Below are positions 29,769 through 39,076 of a DNA stretch of 64,000 nucleotides, piece by piece. The translations under genes were made by a program, and so were the position numbers. The stretch covers positions 2,709 to 66,708 of the forward strand of contig SCTS01000003.1 of NCBI GenBank assembly GCA_004322365.1, in the 5' to 3' direction. Position 1 is the first letter of the stretch; every line of letters starts with the position of its first letter. The notes under the pieces are model-generated. The model did no database searches. It was not told where the DNA came from and saw nothing but the letters and a program-made list of their open reading frames with translations. Origin of the DNA: Patescibacteria group bacterium (lineage in GTDB: Bacteria > Patescibacteriota > Minisyncoccia > Phycocordibacterales > Phycocordibacteraceae).

Positions 29769-30734
29769 ATGATAACCGTTGCTGTACTTCGTGGAGGTCC
29801 TAGTAATGAACATGATGTCTCTTTAAAGTCAGGGGCAAATGTTTTGAGTCACTTACAGAGAGAGCCCTACCGTGCGATAGATGTATTCATAGATAAGAAG
29901 GGTGTGTGGCATGTTCGTGGCGTTCCTATTGAGCCTGAGAGGGCACTTAGCTCTGTCGACGTGGCGTTTAATGTCATTCACGGGCATTACGGAGAAGATG
30001 GCACCTTACAGCGAATATTAGACAGAATTGGCATTCCTTACACTGGAGGTAACGCTCTTTCGGCAGCACTTTCTATGAACAAAGTGTTAACGAAAGACAT
30101 GCTCGCTTCTTCTGATATCAAAATGGCACACCACGCCATTTTGAATGTGTCGCCGACTTTGGATAAAGACATACTCGAGCTGTTTCGAAGATTCCCTCAG
30201 CCTTCAGTTATAAAACCAAATGCTTCTGGTTCATCGGTTGGGGTGACCATTGCACGGAATTTTGAGGATTTTAAAGAGGGCATAAAAAAAGCTTTTGCGC
30301 ATTCAACGCAGGTATTGATTGAAGAATTCGTACAAGGTAAAGAAGCCACTGTGGGTATCGTTGAAGGGCTCCGTGGGAAAAAACACTATGACCTTCTCCC
30401 CGTCGAGATTGTGCCACCACCAAATGCAGATTTCTTTGACTACGAATTTAAGTACAACGGTGAGACCACTGAGAGAGTGCCTGGAAACTTTACTCGTGAT
30501 GAGACAGCAGAGCTTCAAAGACTCGCAGCACTTGCACACGAGAAGATTGGACTTCGTCACTATTCTCGCTCTGACTTCATTGTGTCTCCTCGAGGTATAT
30601 ATTTCCTTGAAGTAAACAGCGCTGCTGGCGTTGGATTAACAGAACAATCACTACTACCAAAAGCACTTGCCGCAGTGGGTATTTCTATGGATGAATTTTT
30701 AGATCATGTTATTAAAGAAACACTAAAAAAATAA
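29769..30734 (+). CDS. ddl: D-alanine--D-alanine ligase
   Basis: GGPSNEHDVSLKSG, HGHYGEDG, GSSVGV, SRSDF, LEVN. Confidence 0.93.
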   Translation: MITVAVLRGGPSNEHDVSLKSGANVLSHLQREPYRAIDVFIDKKGVWHVRGVPIEPERALSSVDVAFNVIHGHYGEDGTLQRILDRIGIPYTGGNALSAALSMNKVLTKDMLASSDIKMAHHAILNVSPTLDKDILELFRRFPQPSVIKPNASGSSVGVTIARNFEDFKEGIKKAFAHSTQVLIEEFVQGKEATVGIVEGLRGKKHYDLLPVEIVPPPNADFFDYEFKYNGETTERVPGNFTRDETAELQRLAALAHEKIGLRHYSRSDFIVSPRGIYFLEVNSAAGVGLTEQSLLPKALAAVGISMDEFLDHVIKETLKK

Positions 30735-30738
30735 TTCT

Positions 30739-31077
30739 GTGAATATTCACCTTACGGATAAAAAATGTGTGGCGTGCGAAGGGGGGATTCCTCCGCTTAC
30801 TAAAGAGGAAATTTCCGCATTCAAACCCCAAGTACCAGTCTGGGAGGTATCGTCTGATGCAAAATCTATTTCGCGACAGTTTGTATTCAAAGATTTCAAA
30901 GAAGCTCTTGCTTTTGTGAATAAGGTTGGAGCCATAGCTGAAGAGGAAGGACATCACCCCGACATCAAGCTTTTTGAATATAAAAATGTACTCGTTACAC
31001 TTTCCACCCACGCAATAAATGGGCTTTCTGAGAATGACTTTATTTTAGCCGCAAAGATTGATACACTCCCTATCTGA
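30739..31077 (+). CDS. Pterin-4-alpha-carbinolamine dehydratase
   Basis: C..CEGG, AEEEGHHPDI, THAINGLSENDFILAAKID. Confidence 0.9.
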   Translation: MNIHLTDKKCVACEGGIPPLTKEEISAFKPQVPVWEVSSDAKSISRQFVFKDFKEALAFVNKVGAIAEEEGHHPDIKLFEYKNVLVTLSTHAINGLSENDFILAAKIDTLPI

Positions 31078-31106
31078 GGGGCTGACCTCTCTGCTCGCAA
31101 AGGGTG

Positions 31107-31232
31107 CATGCAAAGACTTTGCATGGTACTCTCTTTCTCATCAAGGGCCGTAAACAAAGTTTTCGGCCACCCTCTTCGAAAAGATTACATACAAAGAGTT
31201 GTATGATACTCTCTTTCTCAGTGAGGGCCGTT
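31107..31232 (+). repeat. Duplicated promoter plus tRNA 5' start (two ~45-bp copies, ~80-bp period)
   Basis: CATGCAAAGACTTTGCATGGTACTCTCTTTCTCATCAAGGGCCGT versus CATACAAAGAGTTGTATGATACTCTCTTTCTCAGTGAGGGCCGT. Confidence 0.8.
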
Positions 31233-31297
31233 AGCTCAATTGGTAGAGCGCCGCATTTGCAATGCGGAGGCAGCCGGTTCGAAACCGGCACGGTCCA
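31225..31297 (+). tRNA. tRNA-Ala(TGC)
   Basis: Cloverleaf; anticodon arm CCGCA-TTTGCAA-TGCGG; G3:U70; GTTCGAA. Confidence 0.95.
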
Positions 31298-31306
31298 CAA
31301 TAAAAG

Positions 31307-32215
31307 ATGAAAAAACCTAGTTCTCAAGTGAAAACAGGCACGTTCAAACTCAAGTCGGGTCTGGCCGATATGCTCAAAGGGGGTGTCATTATGGATGTGG
31401 TAAATGCAGAGCATGCAAAAATAGCCGAAGATGCAGGAGCAGTTGCTGTGATGGCTCTAGAGCGAGTGCCATCAGACATCCGTGCAATGGGAGGTGTGGC
31501 TCGCATGTCTGACCCAAAGATGATTAAGGGAATACAGTCCGCTGTTACCATTCCCGTTATGGCAAAATGCAGAATAGGGCATTTTGTAGAGGCACAGGTA
31601 CTTGAAGCTTTGAGTGTTGATTTTATTGATGAAAGCGAAGTGTTAACTCCTGCGGATGAGCAATTTCATATTTCAAAAGAAAATTTCACTACGCCGTTTG
31701 TATGTGGTGCTCGTGATTTAGGGGAAGCTCTCAGAAGAATCTCTGAAGGTGCTGCAATGATACGAACTAAAGGTGAGGCAGGAAGTGGCAATATTGTGGA
31801 GGCAGTACGGCACATTCGTACGATGCAGAGCGGTATTGCCGAGCTTGTAGATCTTCTCGAAAAAAAGAATACAAAAAAATTACAAATGCTTGCTCGTGAG
31901 TATAGGGTTTCATATGAATTGGTTTTGAAAGTAGCGAAGCTTGGGCGATTGCCGGTAGTTAATTTTGCAGCGGGAGGCATTGCAACTCCTGCAGATGCGG
32001 CGCTCTGTATGCAACTTGGTGTTGACGGTGTGTTTGTAGGTTCGGGGATATTTAAGAGTTCAAACCCTAAAAAAACAGCCAGAGCCATTGTCGACTCTGT
32101 GGCTCACTTTAATGATGCAAAAAAGATTGCCTTAGCAAGTGAAGATGTAGGAGAGGCTATGAAGGGGCAAGAAATTTCAGCTCTCCAAACTCGTTTAGCA
32201 AGTCGTGGTATTTAG
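31307..32215 (+). CDS. pdxS: Pyridoxal 5'-phosphate synthase lyase subunit
   Basis: [41 protein letters not shown]. Confidence 0.97.
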   Translation: MKKPSSQVKTGTFKLKSGLADMLKGGVIMDVVNAEHAKIAEDAGAVAVMALERVPSDIRAMGGVARMSDPKMIKGIQSAVTIPVMAKCRIGHFVEAQVLEALSVDFIDESEVLTPADEQFHISKENFTTPFVCGARDLGEALRRISEGAAMIRTKGEAGSGNIVEAVRHIRTMQSGIAELVDLLEKKNTKKLQMLAREYRVSYELVLKVAKLGRLPVVNFAAGGIATPADAALCMQLGVDGVFVGSGIFKSSNPKKTARAIVDSVAHFNDAKKIALASEDVGEAMKGQEISALQTRLASRGI

Positions 32216-32222
32216 TGCTTCC

Positions 32223-32819
32223 ATGCAATCTCTTACGGTAGGTGTTCTCGCTCTCCATGGCGATGTTCGTGAGCATGTAGAGGCAATCAATGAAGCTGTA
32301 GTCAATCTAAAAATTTCAGTCATTGTAGTGCTTGTTCGTACGGCAGGTGACTTGGAAACGCTTGACGCTCTTATTATTCCTGGGGGTGAAAGCACTACAC
32401 TGCAAAAACTGTGCGAGAGGGAAGGAATGTTTCAGAAAATGAAAAAAGTGAAGAATATATTTGGCACCTGCGCGGGGGCAATTCTTTTAGCAAAAGAAGT
32501 TTTACACGCATCTGAAGGTCAGAAAACGTTAGAGCTTGTTGATATTGAAGTAGATAGAAATGCCTACGGTCGACAGAATGAATCTTTTGAAAAGGTGATT
32601 AAGACTGAACTTGGTTCGATGAATGCTGTTTTTATTCGTGCCCCGAAGATTACTAGGGTAGGTAAAGGGGTTAAAGTACTTGCTAGAAATGGGGCTGAAA
32701 TAATCGCCTGTGAAGAACGAGTTGGAGGCAGATACTATTTAGCGACATGCTTTCATCCAGAGTACACCTCCAGCACCTTTCATAAATATTTTTTAAAGGA
32801 GGCTTTGCGGAAGCGGTAG
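32223..32819 (+). CDS. pdxT: PLP synthase glutaminase subunit
   Basis: GVLALHG, PGGESTT, GTCAG, RNAYGRQ, FIRAP, FHPE. Confidence 0.95.
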   Translation: MQSLTVGVLALHGDVREHVEAINEAVVNLKISVIVVLVRTAGDLETLDALIIPGGESTTLQKLCEREGMFQKMKKVKNIFGTCAGAILLAKEVLHASEGQKTLELVDIEVDRNAYGRQNESFEKVIKTELGSMNAVFIRAPKITRVGKGVKVLARNGAEIIACEERVGGRYYLATCFHPEYTSSTFHKYFLKEALRKR

Positions 32820-32825
32820 GGTAAT

Positions 32826-33887
32826 TTATTTTCCTTGACCGTAATATTGTTTGAGAAGAGCAACATGCTCCTTGTAGGTTGCGGTGCAGTGGAAGCCTCC
32901 TTTTTTGTCATGGAAGTAGAAGATGCAATCTGTTTTTTTAGGATTAAGCGCTGCAACGACAGCGGCAACAGAAGGGCTTGCGATAGGAGTTGGCGGTAAA
33001 CCAGAATTTAGATAGGTGTTGTAGCTTGATTTAATATATTTATCTTTTGGTGCAACTTTAGGCCACCATATATCGTTTTTTCCTTTGTTTGCAGAGCTTT
33101 TTGCATACTGAAGAGTTGCATCAATTTGGAGATTCATGTCATTCCAAATACGATTCCAGATTATGCCTGAGATTATTCGCATTTCATCAGGGTCGCTTGT
33201 CTCGCGCTCCAAGAGGGATGCAATGGTTAGTGCTGTCTCCAATGGAACTATTTGGGCAGTGGAGGTCGCATAGCGAGAAAGTATTGTGTTATGAAAACGC
33301 TCATCCAAGGTTCGCTTGATAGCATCAAGATCATCACCGGCATTGACTTCATATGTCCCTGGGGCAAATTTACCCTCACCTAGAGTTGGGGCTTCCGTAT
33401 TTGTATGGGTAAGAAACTCTGCGCGCTCTTCTCGACTCCAATCTAATGTTTTTCCAAAAGCTCGCGCAACCTCTTCTTGTCTATATCCCGGGTAAATGGT
33501 GACAAATTGCATTCCTGCTGCTCCGACAAGTGCATAGCCAGGCACGGAAGTGATGATGCTGGCGATAGTACCTAATATTCCCTTTGCCTTAATAGAAGCA
33601 GCAGATAGTGAGGGGTTTTCTTTAGTAAAGAAGGCATCTACTTCTGCATTTTCGTTGATAGATCTTCCTTGTGGATTGACGCTGACAGGGAAAGGTTTAA
33701 CTGTAGGAGTTACGATTTCTTGTTCCTGCTGTATTTGAAAGGAGAAAAAATAAGGGAATGAAAGAACTGCGATACCTATAACCACAGCAATTACTGCACC
33801 CCAGAGCAGGAGTGGTTTTTTACTTGGCATTTTTTTCTTAGCCTTGATGTTTCGCGTCAAAGGTTTTGAGGCTGAGGAACTTGCCAT
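32826..33887 (-). CDS. mltG: Endolytic transglycosylase MltG family
   Basis: IASLLERE, LQIDAT, YNTYLNSGLPPTPI. Confidence 0.85.
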   Translation of the reverse strand: MASSSASKPLTRNIKAKKKMPSKKPLLLWGAVIAVVIGIAVLSFPYFFSFQIQQEQEIVTPTVKPFPVSVNPQGRSINENAEVDAFFTKENPSLSAASIKAKGILGTIASIITSVPGYALVGAAGMQFVTIYPGYRQEEVARAFGKTLDWSREERAEFLTHTNTEAPTLGEGKFAPGTYEVNAGDDLDAIKRTLDERFHNTILSRYATSTAQIVPLETALTIASLLERETSDPDEMRIISGIIWNRIWNDMNLQIDATLQYAKSSANKGKNDIWWPKVAPKDKYIKSSYNTYLNSGLPPTPIASPSVAAVVAALNPKKTDCIFYFHDKKGGFHCTATYKEHVALLKQYYGQGK

Positions 33888-33916
33888 ACGATACAGTATA
33901 ACGCTAGGAATGGATT

Positions 33917-34873
33917 CTAATCAGTTTCAAAAAGCTCACTCAATGATTCACCATTATTTAGGCGATTAATAGCATTTCCAAAAATTTCACCCACAGAAAT
34001 AACTTCTATTTTCTGAGACAGTGTTTGCGTTTGAAGAACGCTGTCAGTTATGAATATTTTTTTAACGGGTGAGCGGTCAATGGCGGACATGGCACTTCCT
34101 GAAAGTATGCCGTGCGTAGCTGCAGCGTAGACTTCTTTTGCGCCGTTCTCCATAAGTAGAGCAGAGGCTTTTTCAAGAGTTCCACAGGTATCAAACATAT
34201 CATCAATAATGAGTGCGATTTTGCCTTTTACATCGCCGACAAGTTTCATTGCCGTTACCTGATTGGGAATTTCGCGTTGTTTGTGAATAATTGCAAGATC
34301 TACATTTTTTGTTAATCGTTTTGCATATGATTGTGCACGACTTACACCGCCGACATCAGGTGACACGACCACGAGCTCCTCTTTTGCTAATGCGTCAGCA
34401 AAGAAGGACTGGAAGAAAGATATAAATACAGGTCGGGCGTATAAGTAATCAACGTTGGTGTCCCTGAAGAATCCGCCAATGGCATCTGTATGTAAGTCCA
34501 TTGCCAAAATTTTATCGGTACCGAGTGTTTCAAGGAGTACTGCAACTACCCGAGCGGAAATTGGTTCACGAGGCTTTGCTTTCCTCTCCTGCCGTGCGTA
34601 TCCCATGTAGGGGAGTACGACGGTGATTTCTCGCGCAGACGCACCACGCGCGGCTTCAACAGCGAGGAATAAGCGCATCCAGTTTTCAGCAGGTGGGTTA
34701 GTGGATTGAACAAGAAATACACTCTTTCCACGAAGATTCTCCATAAACTGAACATGCTGTTCGCCGTCAGAGAATGTTTTTAGTTTTATTTTCCCCAAGG
34801 AGGTGCCGAGCTTTGATGCAATTTTTTCAGCAAGAGGGTCGTTCGAGCCGAGGCTGAATATTGCGTAGTCCAT
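33917..34873 (-). CDS. prs: Ribose-phosphate pyrophosphokinase
   Basis: FSDGE, PYMGYARQ, DLH, SPDVGG, IIDDMFDTCGT. Confidence 0.95.
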   Translation of the reverse strand: MDYAIFSLGSNDPLAEKIASKLGTSLGKIKLKTFSDGEQHVQFMENLRGKSVFLVQSTNPPAENWMRLFLAVEAARGASAREITVVLPYMGYARQERKAKPREPISARVVAVLLETLGTDKILAMDLHTDAIGGFFRDTNVDYLYARPVFISFFQSFFADALAKEELVVVSPDVGGVSRAQSYAKRLTKNVDLAIIHKQREIPNQVTAMKLVGDVKGKIALIIDDMFDTCGTLEKASALLMENGAKEVYAAATHGILSGSAMSAIDRSPVKKIFITDSVLQTQTLSQKIEVISVGEIFGNAINRLNNGESLSELFETD

Positions 34874-34998
34874 TAGTGGGGAGTATATCAAGAACTGTGT
34901 CTAATGTGTAACATTTTCCTCTTTGCGTGGGTTTATGTATTTAGTACTAGGATGCATGCGTAAAGGTGTCCCGTGTCTTATACTGCTTTAATACACTC

Positions 34999-35427
34999 AT
35001 GATTATCGTAAACCAACTCACTGAGGTTTCAGATCAAAACATACAGGAACTAGAGCTTCTCTCGGGTATGTTGCATGGCGATGAACGAAAATCATCGGCA
35101 GACGAAATTGCCCGCATACTCGGCAACCCTTCTATTATTTTTGTTGTTGCAAAAGACTCTGAACGCATTATAGGAATGGGTGCGCTCTATATACATCAGA
35201 AAGTTGGTAAAATAGGGTCATATATAGAAGATGTCATTGTTGATAGTGCGTACCGTGGACAAGGGTTAGGTAAAAAAATAGTACAAGCTCTCATTGATGG
35301 GGCACGCGAGCGGGGAGTGGTATCAATTTCACTTACCTCACGACCAGAAAGAATTGCAGCGCATACTTTGTATGAAAAACTTGGTTTTAAAAAATATGAC
35401 ACAAATGTTTTTAGAATTACCCTCTAA
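34999..35427 (+). CDS. GNAT family N-acetyltransferase
   Basis: IEDVIVD..YRGQGLG, LTS...AAHTLYEKLGF. Confidence 0.9.
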   Translation: MIIVNQLTEVSDQNIQELELLSGMLHGDERKSSADEIARILGNPSIIFVVAKDSERIIGMGALYIHQKVGKIGSYIEDVIVDSAYRGQGLGKKIVQALIDGARERGVVSISLTSRPERIAAHTLYEKLGFKKYDTNVFRITL

Positions 35428-35439
35428 TAGCTAGCTCTA

Positions 35440-36585
35440 ATGTCACGGGTAAAAATTACGGAATATCGAGCTAAGAAACTCATTCTCGGAGATTCATATA
35501 CGGGAGTTTCTATTCACAATGGGAAAATTGTACTTCCGAAAAGTGGGCGATTTGTTGCAAAGGTTGATCAAGGTATTAAGAAGCGTTTTAAGCAGGGGCT
35601 TGTTGCCGTGGATGGTACATCCACGGCAATTTCTAAAAGTGTCTCTTTGTGGAGGAAAAAAGGTTTCTCTCATTTTCTTGTTGAGCCGTATGTACCGCAT
35701 GAGGAGTCTGAAGAGCAGTACCTTTCTTTAGAGCGGGTGCGCACGGGAATACGAATATTGCATGCATCTGCTGGCGGTATTGATATTGAAGCGCATCCCG
35801 AGCTTGTGAAAACATATCTCATAAATCCAGCACTACCATATACGATAGTGCCGGGCATCCCAGAAAAATTCTTGAAACATCTTGTGGAGGTGTTTGAGAA
35901 GAACTTTTTCTCGTTTCTTGAAATTAATCCACTCGTTGTTCGGGGAGACGAAGTATATATCCTCGATGCAGCGGTGCTCGTCGACAGCGCGGGAATATTT
36001 TTCGTCAAAAATGGATGGAGTGAAGACGATATTGTTGAGGGAAAGGCACGACATATTGCTGAAGAAAAAGTGCAGGCACTTCAAAAAACTACCCCTGCCT
36101 CTTTGAAACTCACCATTTTGCACCCTGATGGAGGTTTGTTTTTTCTGCTTTCAGGTGGTGGTGGAAGTATTGTTATTGCGGATGAGGCAGAACTTAATGG
36201 TGTGGGTCGCTCCATTGGCAATTATGGAGAATATAGCGGTGGTCCAACTCGGGAAGAAACACATCTCTACGCACGAGAGGTGATCCAGCTATTACTTAAT
36301 TCACCTGCAAAGAAGAAAGCCCTCGTGATTGCTGGAGGTATTGCAAATTTTACCGATATTAAATCAACTTTTAGAGGTGTCGTTGATGCCTTGTCAGAGT
36401 ACACGGGCACTCTCCGGAGAAAAGGTGTAAAAGTATTTGTGCGTCGTGGTGGGCCACATGAAAAGGAGGGACTTTTGTATATGGAGGAGTATTTAAAAAA
36501 GGAAAAATTATTTGGTTCAGTGTATGGCTCTGAGGCAGTGATTACGAGTGCAGTGGACGATGCGATAGCATTTATAAAAAAATGA
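35440..36585 (+). CDS. aclB: ATP-citrate lyase beta subunit (ATP-grasp plus citrate-binding domain)
   Basis: KVDQGIKKRFKQG, LEINPL, ASLKL, GGGGS, NYGEYSGGP, GGIANFT, VRRGGP. Confidence 0.88.
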   Translation: MSRVKITEYRAKKLILGDSYTGVSIHNGKIVLPKSGRFVAKVDQGIKKRFKQGLVAVDGTSTAISKSVSLWRKKGFSHFLVEPYVPHEESEEQYLSLERVRTGIRILHASAGGIDIEAHPELVKTYLINPALPYTIVPGIPEKFLKHLVEVFEKNFFSFLEINPLVVRGDEVYILDAAVLVDSAGIFFVKNGWSEDDIVEGKARHIAEEKVQALQKTTPASLKLTILHPDGGLFFLLSGGGGSIVIADEAELNGVGRSIGNYGEYSGGPTREETHLYAREVIQLLLNSPAKKKALVIAGGIANFTDIKSTFRGVVDALSEYTGTLRRKGVKVFVRRGGPHEKEGLLYMEEYLKKEKLFGSVYGSEAVITSAVDDAIAFIKK

Positions 36586-38387
36586 ACATACTTGAATTAA
36601 CACGGAAAGGAAGAACAAAGGTTCTCGTCATAGGGAATCATTCAGGCATTATTCAGTCGATGCTTGATTTTGATTTTCTTTCAGGTAAAGACATTCCTTC
36701 TGTGCTGGGGATAGTTGCAGGGAATCGCAAAGCAGAAAAATATTTTTTTGGCACTAAAGAAATTTTGTTGCCATGTTATAAAAACATTCAAATTGCTTCG
36801 GAAGTCCTAGGTTCAAAAGTCGATTGGATGCTTAATCTTCAGTCAGGACGGCGTACATTTGAATCAACGGTTTCCTTTTTTGATTTTTTCCCAAAATCAC
36901 TTGGGGCACACATATTTGCAGAAAATGTTCCAGAAAGTCATGCAACTGAGCTCATCTCTCGTTTTGGTAAAAAATATTTCATTGTGGGGCCTTCAGGAGT
37001 TGGGTTGTTGGTGCCGAACGCATTAAAGCTTGGTGCCATTGGTGGTGTTGATGCGGTGCAAATTAAATCTGGAGCACTGACAAGTGCTGGAAATATTGCG
37101 GTTGGTTCAACCTCTGGAGGGATGACTAATGAGTTGATTCATGCAGTTGCGCGTGCTGGGAAAAGGCTCTCGTTTGCCATAGCTATTGGTGGGGATAGAT
37201 TTCCCGTTGTTTCTTTAACGCAAATATTTGCACTCGCTGAAGCAGATTCTCAAACAGAAGGATTTGTATATTTTGGAGAGCTTGGCGGTGTAGATGAATA
37301 TGAAATTATTGAGCTCATTAAGGCAAAAAAGTTTACCAAACCCCTCGTTGCCTACATTGCAGGAATCATAGATGAAGCATTTGATGAACATGTGCAATTT
37401 GGGCATGCAAAAGCACTCGTTCAGACAATGGACGAAAGCGCTCGTGCAAAGCGTGAGGCACTTCGCAGTGTTGGTGTTATTGCTCCTGATACATTTCCTC
37501 AGTTTCTTGATGCGCTTCAAAAACTTCCCGGAGGCGCGTATACTGCTGAGGAAATGGACATTCAACCGCTCCAAGGGCGCCAGAAAAGCATTCTTTCAAC
37601 GAGAAAGGTTTTGGATATAGATGAGGGTCGTGTTTTTGTAAAAGGAAAAAAGCTTTTGAAAGGCAAAGAAAATGCGTTTGTTGACGCTACCTTGGGGGCT
37701 CTTCTAGGGAAACCAGTACGCTCTCCAGTAACACGAGCTTTTACCGAAGCCGTTTTTGAAATGCTCATAGACCATGGAGGAAATGTATCAGGAGCAGTGA
37801 ACACTATGATTACTGCCCGTGCAGGGAAAGATCTTGTTTCGTCTTTAGCCTCAGGTCTTCTCACAGTGGGCCCTCGTTTTGGTGGAGCAATAAACGAAGC
37901 AGCTCGTTTGTGGATTCTAGGTGTGGTGTCGCAAAAAACAGGTTTGGGGTTTGTAGCTGAAAAAGCAAAAGCAGGAGAGCTGATTTTAGGTATTGGGCAT
38001 AAGAAATACCGCGTTGGGTTGGCAGATCCTCGAGTGAAAGCTCTTGCTGAATTCGCAACGCTTCTTAAAAAGCATCCGCATTATGATTTTGCACGGAGTG
38101 TTGAGAAAGCAACAACTTCAAAAAATGGAAAATTGATTTTAAACATTGACGGCGCTATTGCGGCATTACTTCTGGATATTTTGAGTGAGTGCGAAGGAAT
38201 GAGCGAGCGGGAACTCCAAGAGCTTGCTGACGCAGAATTCTTTAATGCATTTTTTGTTATCCCTCGTTCCGTTGGTTTCATTGCACATTTCATGGAACAA
38301 AAGAAAAACGATGAAGGTTTGTTCCGTCTCCCCGATGAACTACTGTTTGTGAGAGAAGAGACTCCAAAGAAAAATAAGAAGAAATAA
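36582..38387 (+). CDS. aclA: ATP-citrate lyase alpha subunit
   Basis: SGGMTNE, IGGDRFP, GELGG, QFGHA (phospho-His), DHG..VSGA, GPRFGGA, GIGH, LNIDG. Confidence 0.9.
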   Translation: MNILELTRKGRTKVLVIGNHSGIIQSMLDFDFLSGKDIPSVLGIVAGNRKAEKYFFGTKEILLPCYKNIQIASEVLGSKVDWMLNLQSGRRTFESTVSFFDFFPKSLGAHIFAENVPESHATELISRFGKKYFIVGPSGVGLLVPNALKLGAIGGVDAVQIKSGALTSAGNIAVGSTSGGMTNELIHAVARAGKRLSFAIAIGGDRFPVVSLTQIFALAEADSQTEGFVYFGELGGVDEYEIIELIKAKKFTKPLVAYIAGIIDEAFDEHVQFGHAKALVQTMDESARAKREALRSVGVIAPDTFPQFLDALQKLPGGAYTAEEMDIQPLQGRQKSILSTRKVLDIDEGRVFVKGKKLLKGKENAFVDATLGALLGKPVRSPVTRAFTEAVFEMLIDHGGNVSGAVNTMITARAGKDLVSSLASGLLTVGPRFGGAINEAARLWILGVVSQKTGLGFVAEKAKAGELILGIGHKKYRVGLADPRVKALAEFATLLKKHPHYDFARSVEKATTSKNGKLILNIDGAIAALLLDILSECEGMSERELQELADAEFFNAFFVIPRSVGFIAHFMEQKKNDEGLFRLPDELLFVREETPKKNKKK

Positions 38388-38437
38388 TTCCTGTTCCGTA
38401 GCCACTTGTTCTGAGTTATTATTGTCTCTACAGTATC

Positions 38438-38510
38438 GGGCGGTTAGCTCAGTTGGTAGAGCGTTCCCTTCACACGGGAGAGGTCACAGGTTCGAATCCT
38501 GTATCGCCCA
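38438..38510 (+). tRNA. tRNA-Val(CAC)
   Basis: Cloverleaf; anticodon loop TTCACAC; GGTTCGAATCC. Confidence 0.95.
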
Positions 38511-38646
38511 CACATAATTTATTATGTGTGGCAGGATGAGAATGCCGGAGCGATGTTTTTAGTTTCGAAAAACCGTGAGGCGGGGTTGCGACCAAAGCGA
38601 GCGACGACGAGCTTTGAGTTGTGACCGAATCCTGTATCGCCCACCA
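38493..38646. mobile_element. tRNA-3'-anchored structured insert with 19-bp direct repeat
   Basis: CGAATCCTGTATCGCCCAC at 38493-38511 and 38626-38644; only the distal copy ends in CCA. Confidence 0.7.
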
Positions 38647-38678
38647 GTTCTTTTAAATTCTAATTTTCTTCCTCATTT

Positions 38679-38752
38679 CGGGGCGGAGTATGCCGGTAGT
38701 ACATACGATTCGGGTTCGTATAGACCGAGTTCGATTCTCGGCGCCCCGACCA
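38679..38752 (+). tRNA. tRNA-Pro(CGG)
   Basis: CGGGGCG acceptor, TACGA-TTCGGGT-TCGTA arm, encoded CCA. Confidence 0.92.
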
Positions 38753-38779
38753 TAGAGGTAAAACATATTTTTTATTCAT

Positions 38780-38850
38780 GGGCCTATAGTCAAGTGGTAC
38801 GATGCTACATTCGCATTGTAGAGGCGCGAGTTCGATTCTCGCTAGGTCCA
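38780..38850 (+). tRNA. tRNA-Ala(CGC)
   Basis: CTACA-TTCGCAT-TGTAG arm, G3:U70. Confidence 0.92.
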
Positions 38851-39004
38851 CAGAAATAATGCGCAAAGCGCATATATTTCGTAGGATGTCGCATCCCTGA
38901 TGCGACGCCACAAAGTTATCATTTGTGCTCCAGGGAGCAGGGCTCGCAGGAACTCTTTCAAAAAGAATAGTGACCTGAGGTCCAATTCTCTTTCTCGCAC
39001 ACTC

Positions 39005-39076
39005 GCTTTCATCGTTCAATGGATAGGACATCTCCCTCCGAAGGAGAAAATCCAGGTTCGACTCCTGGTGAGAGCA
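39005..39076 (+). tRNA. tRNA-Arg(CCG)
   Basis: TCTCC-CTCCGAA-GGAGA arm, GGTTCGACTCC. Confidence 0.93.
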
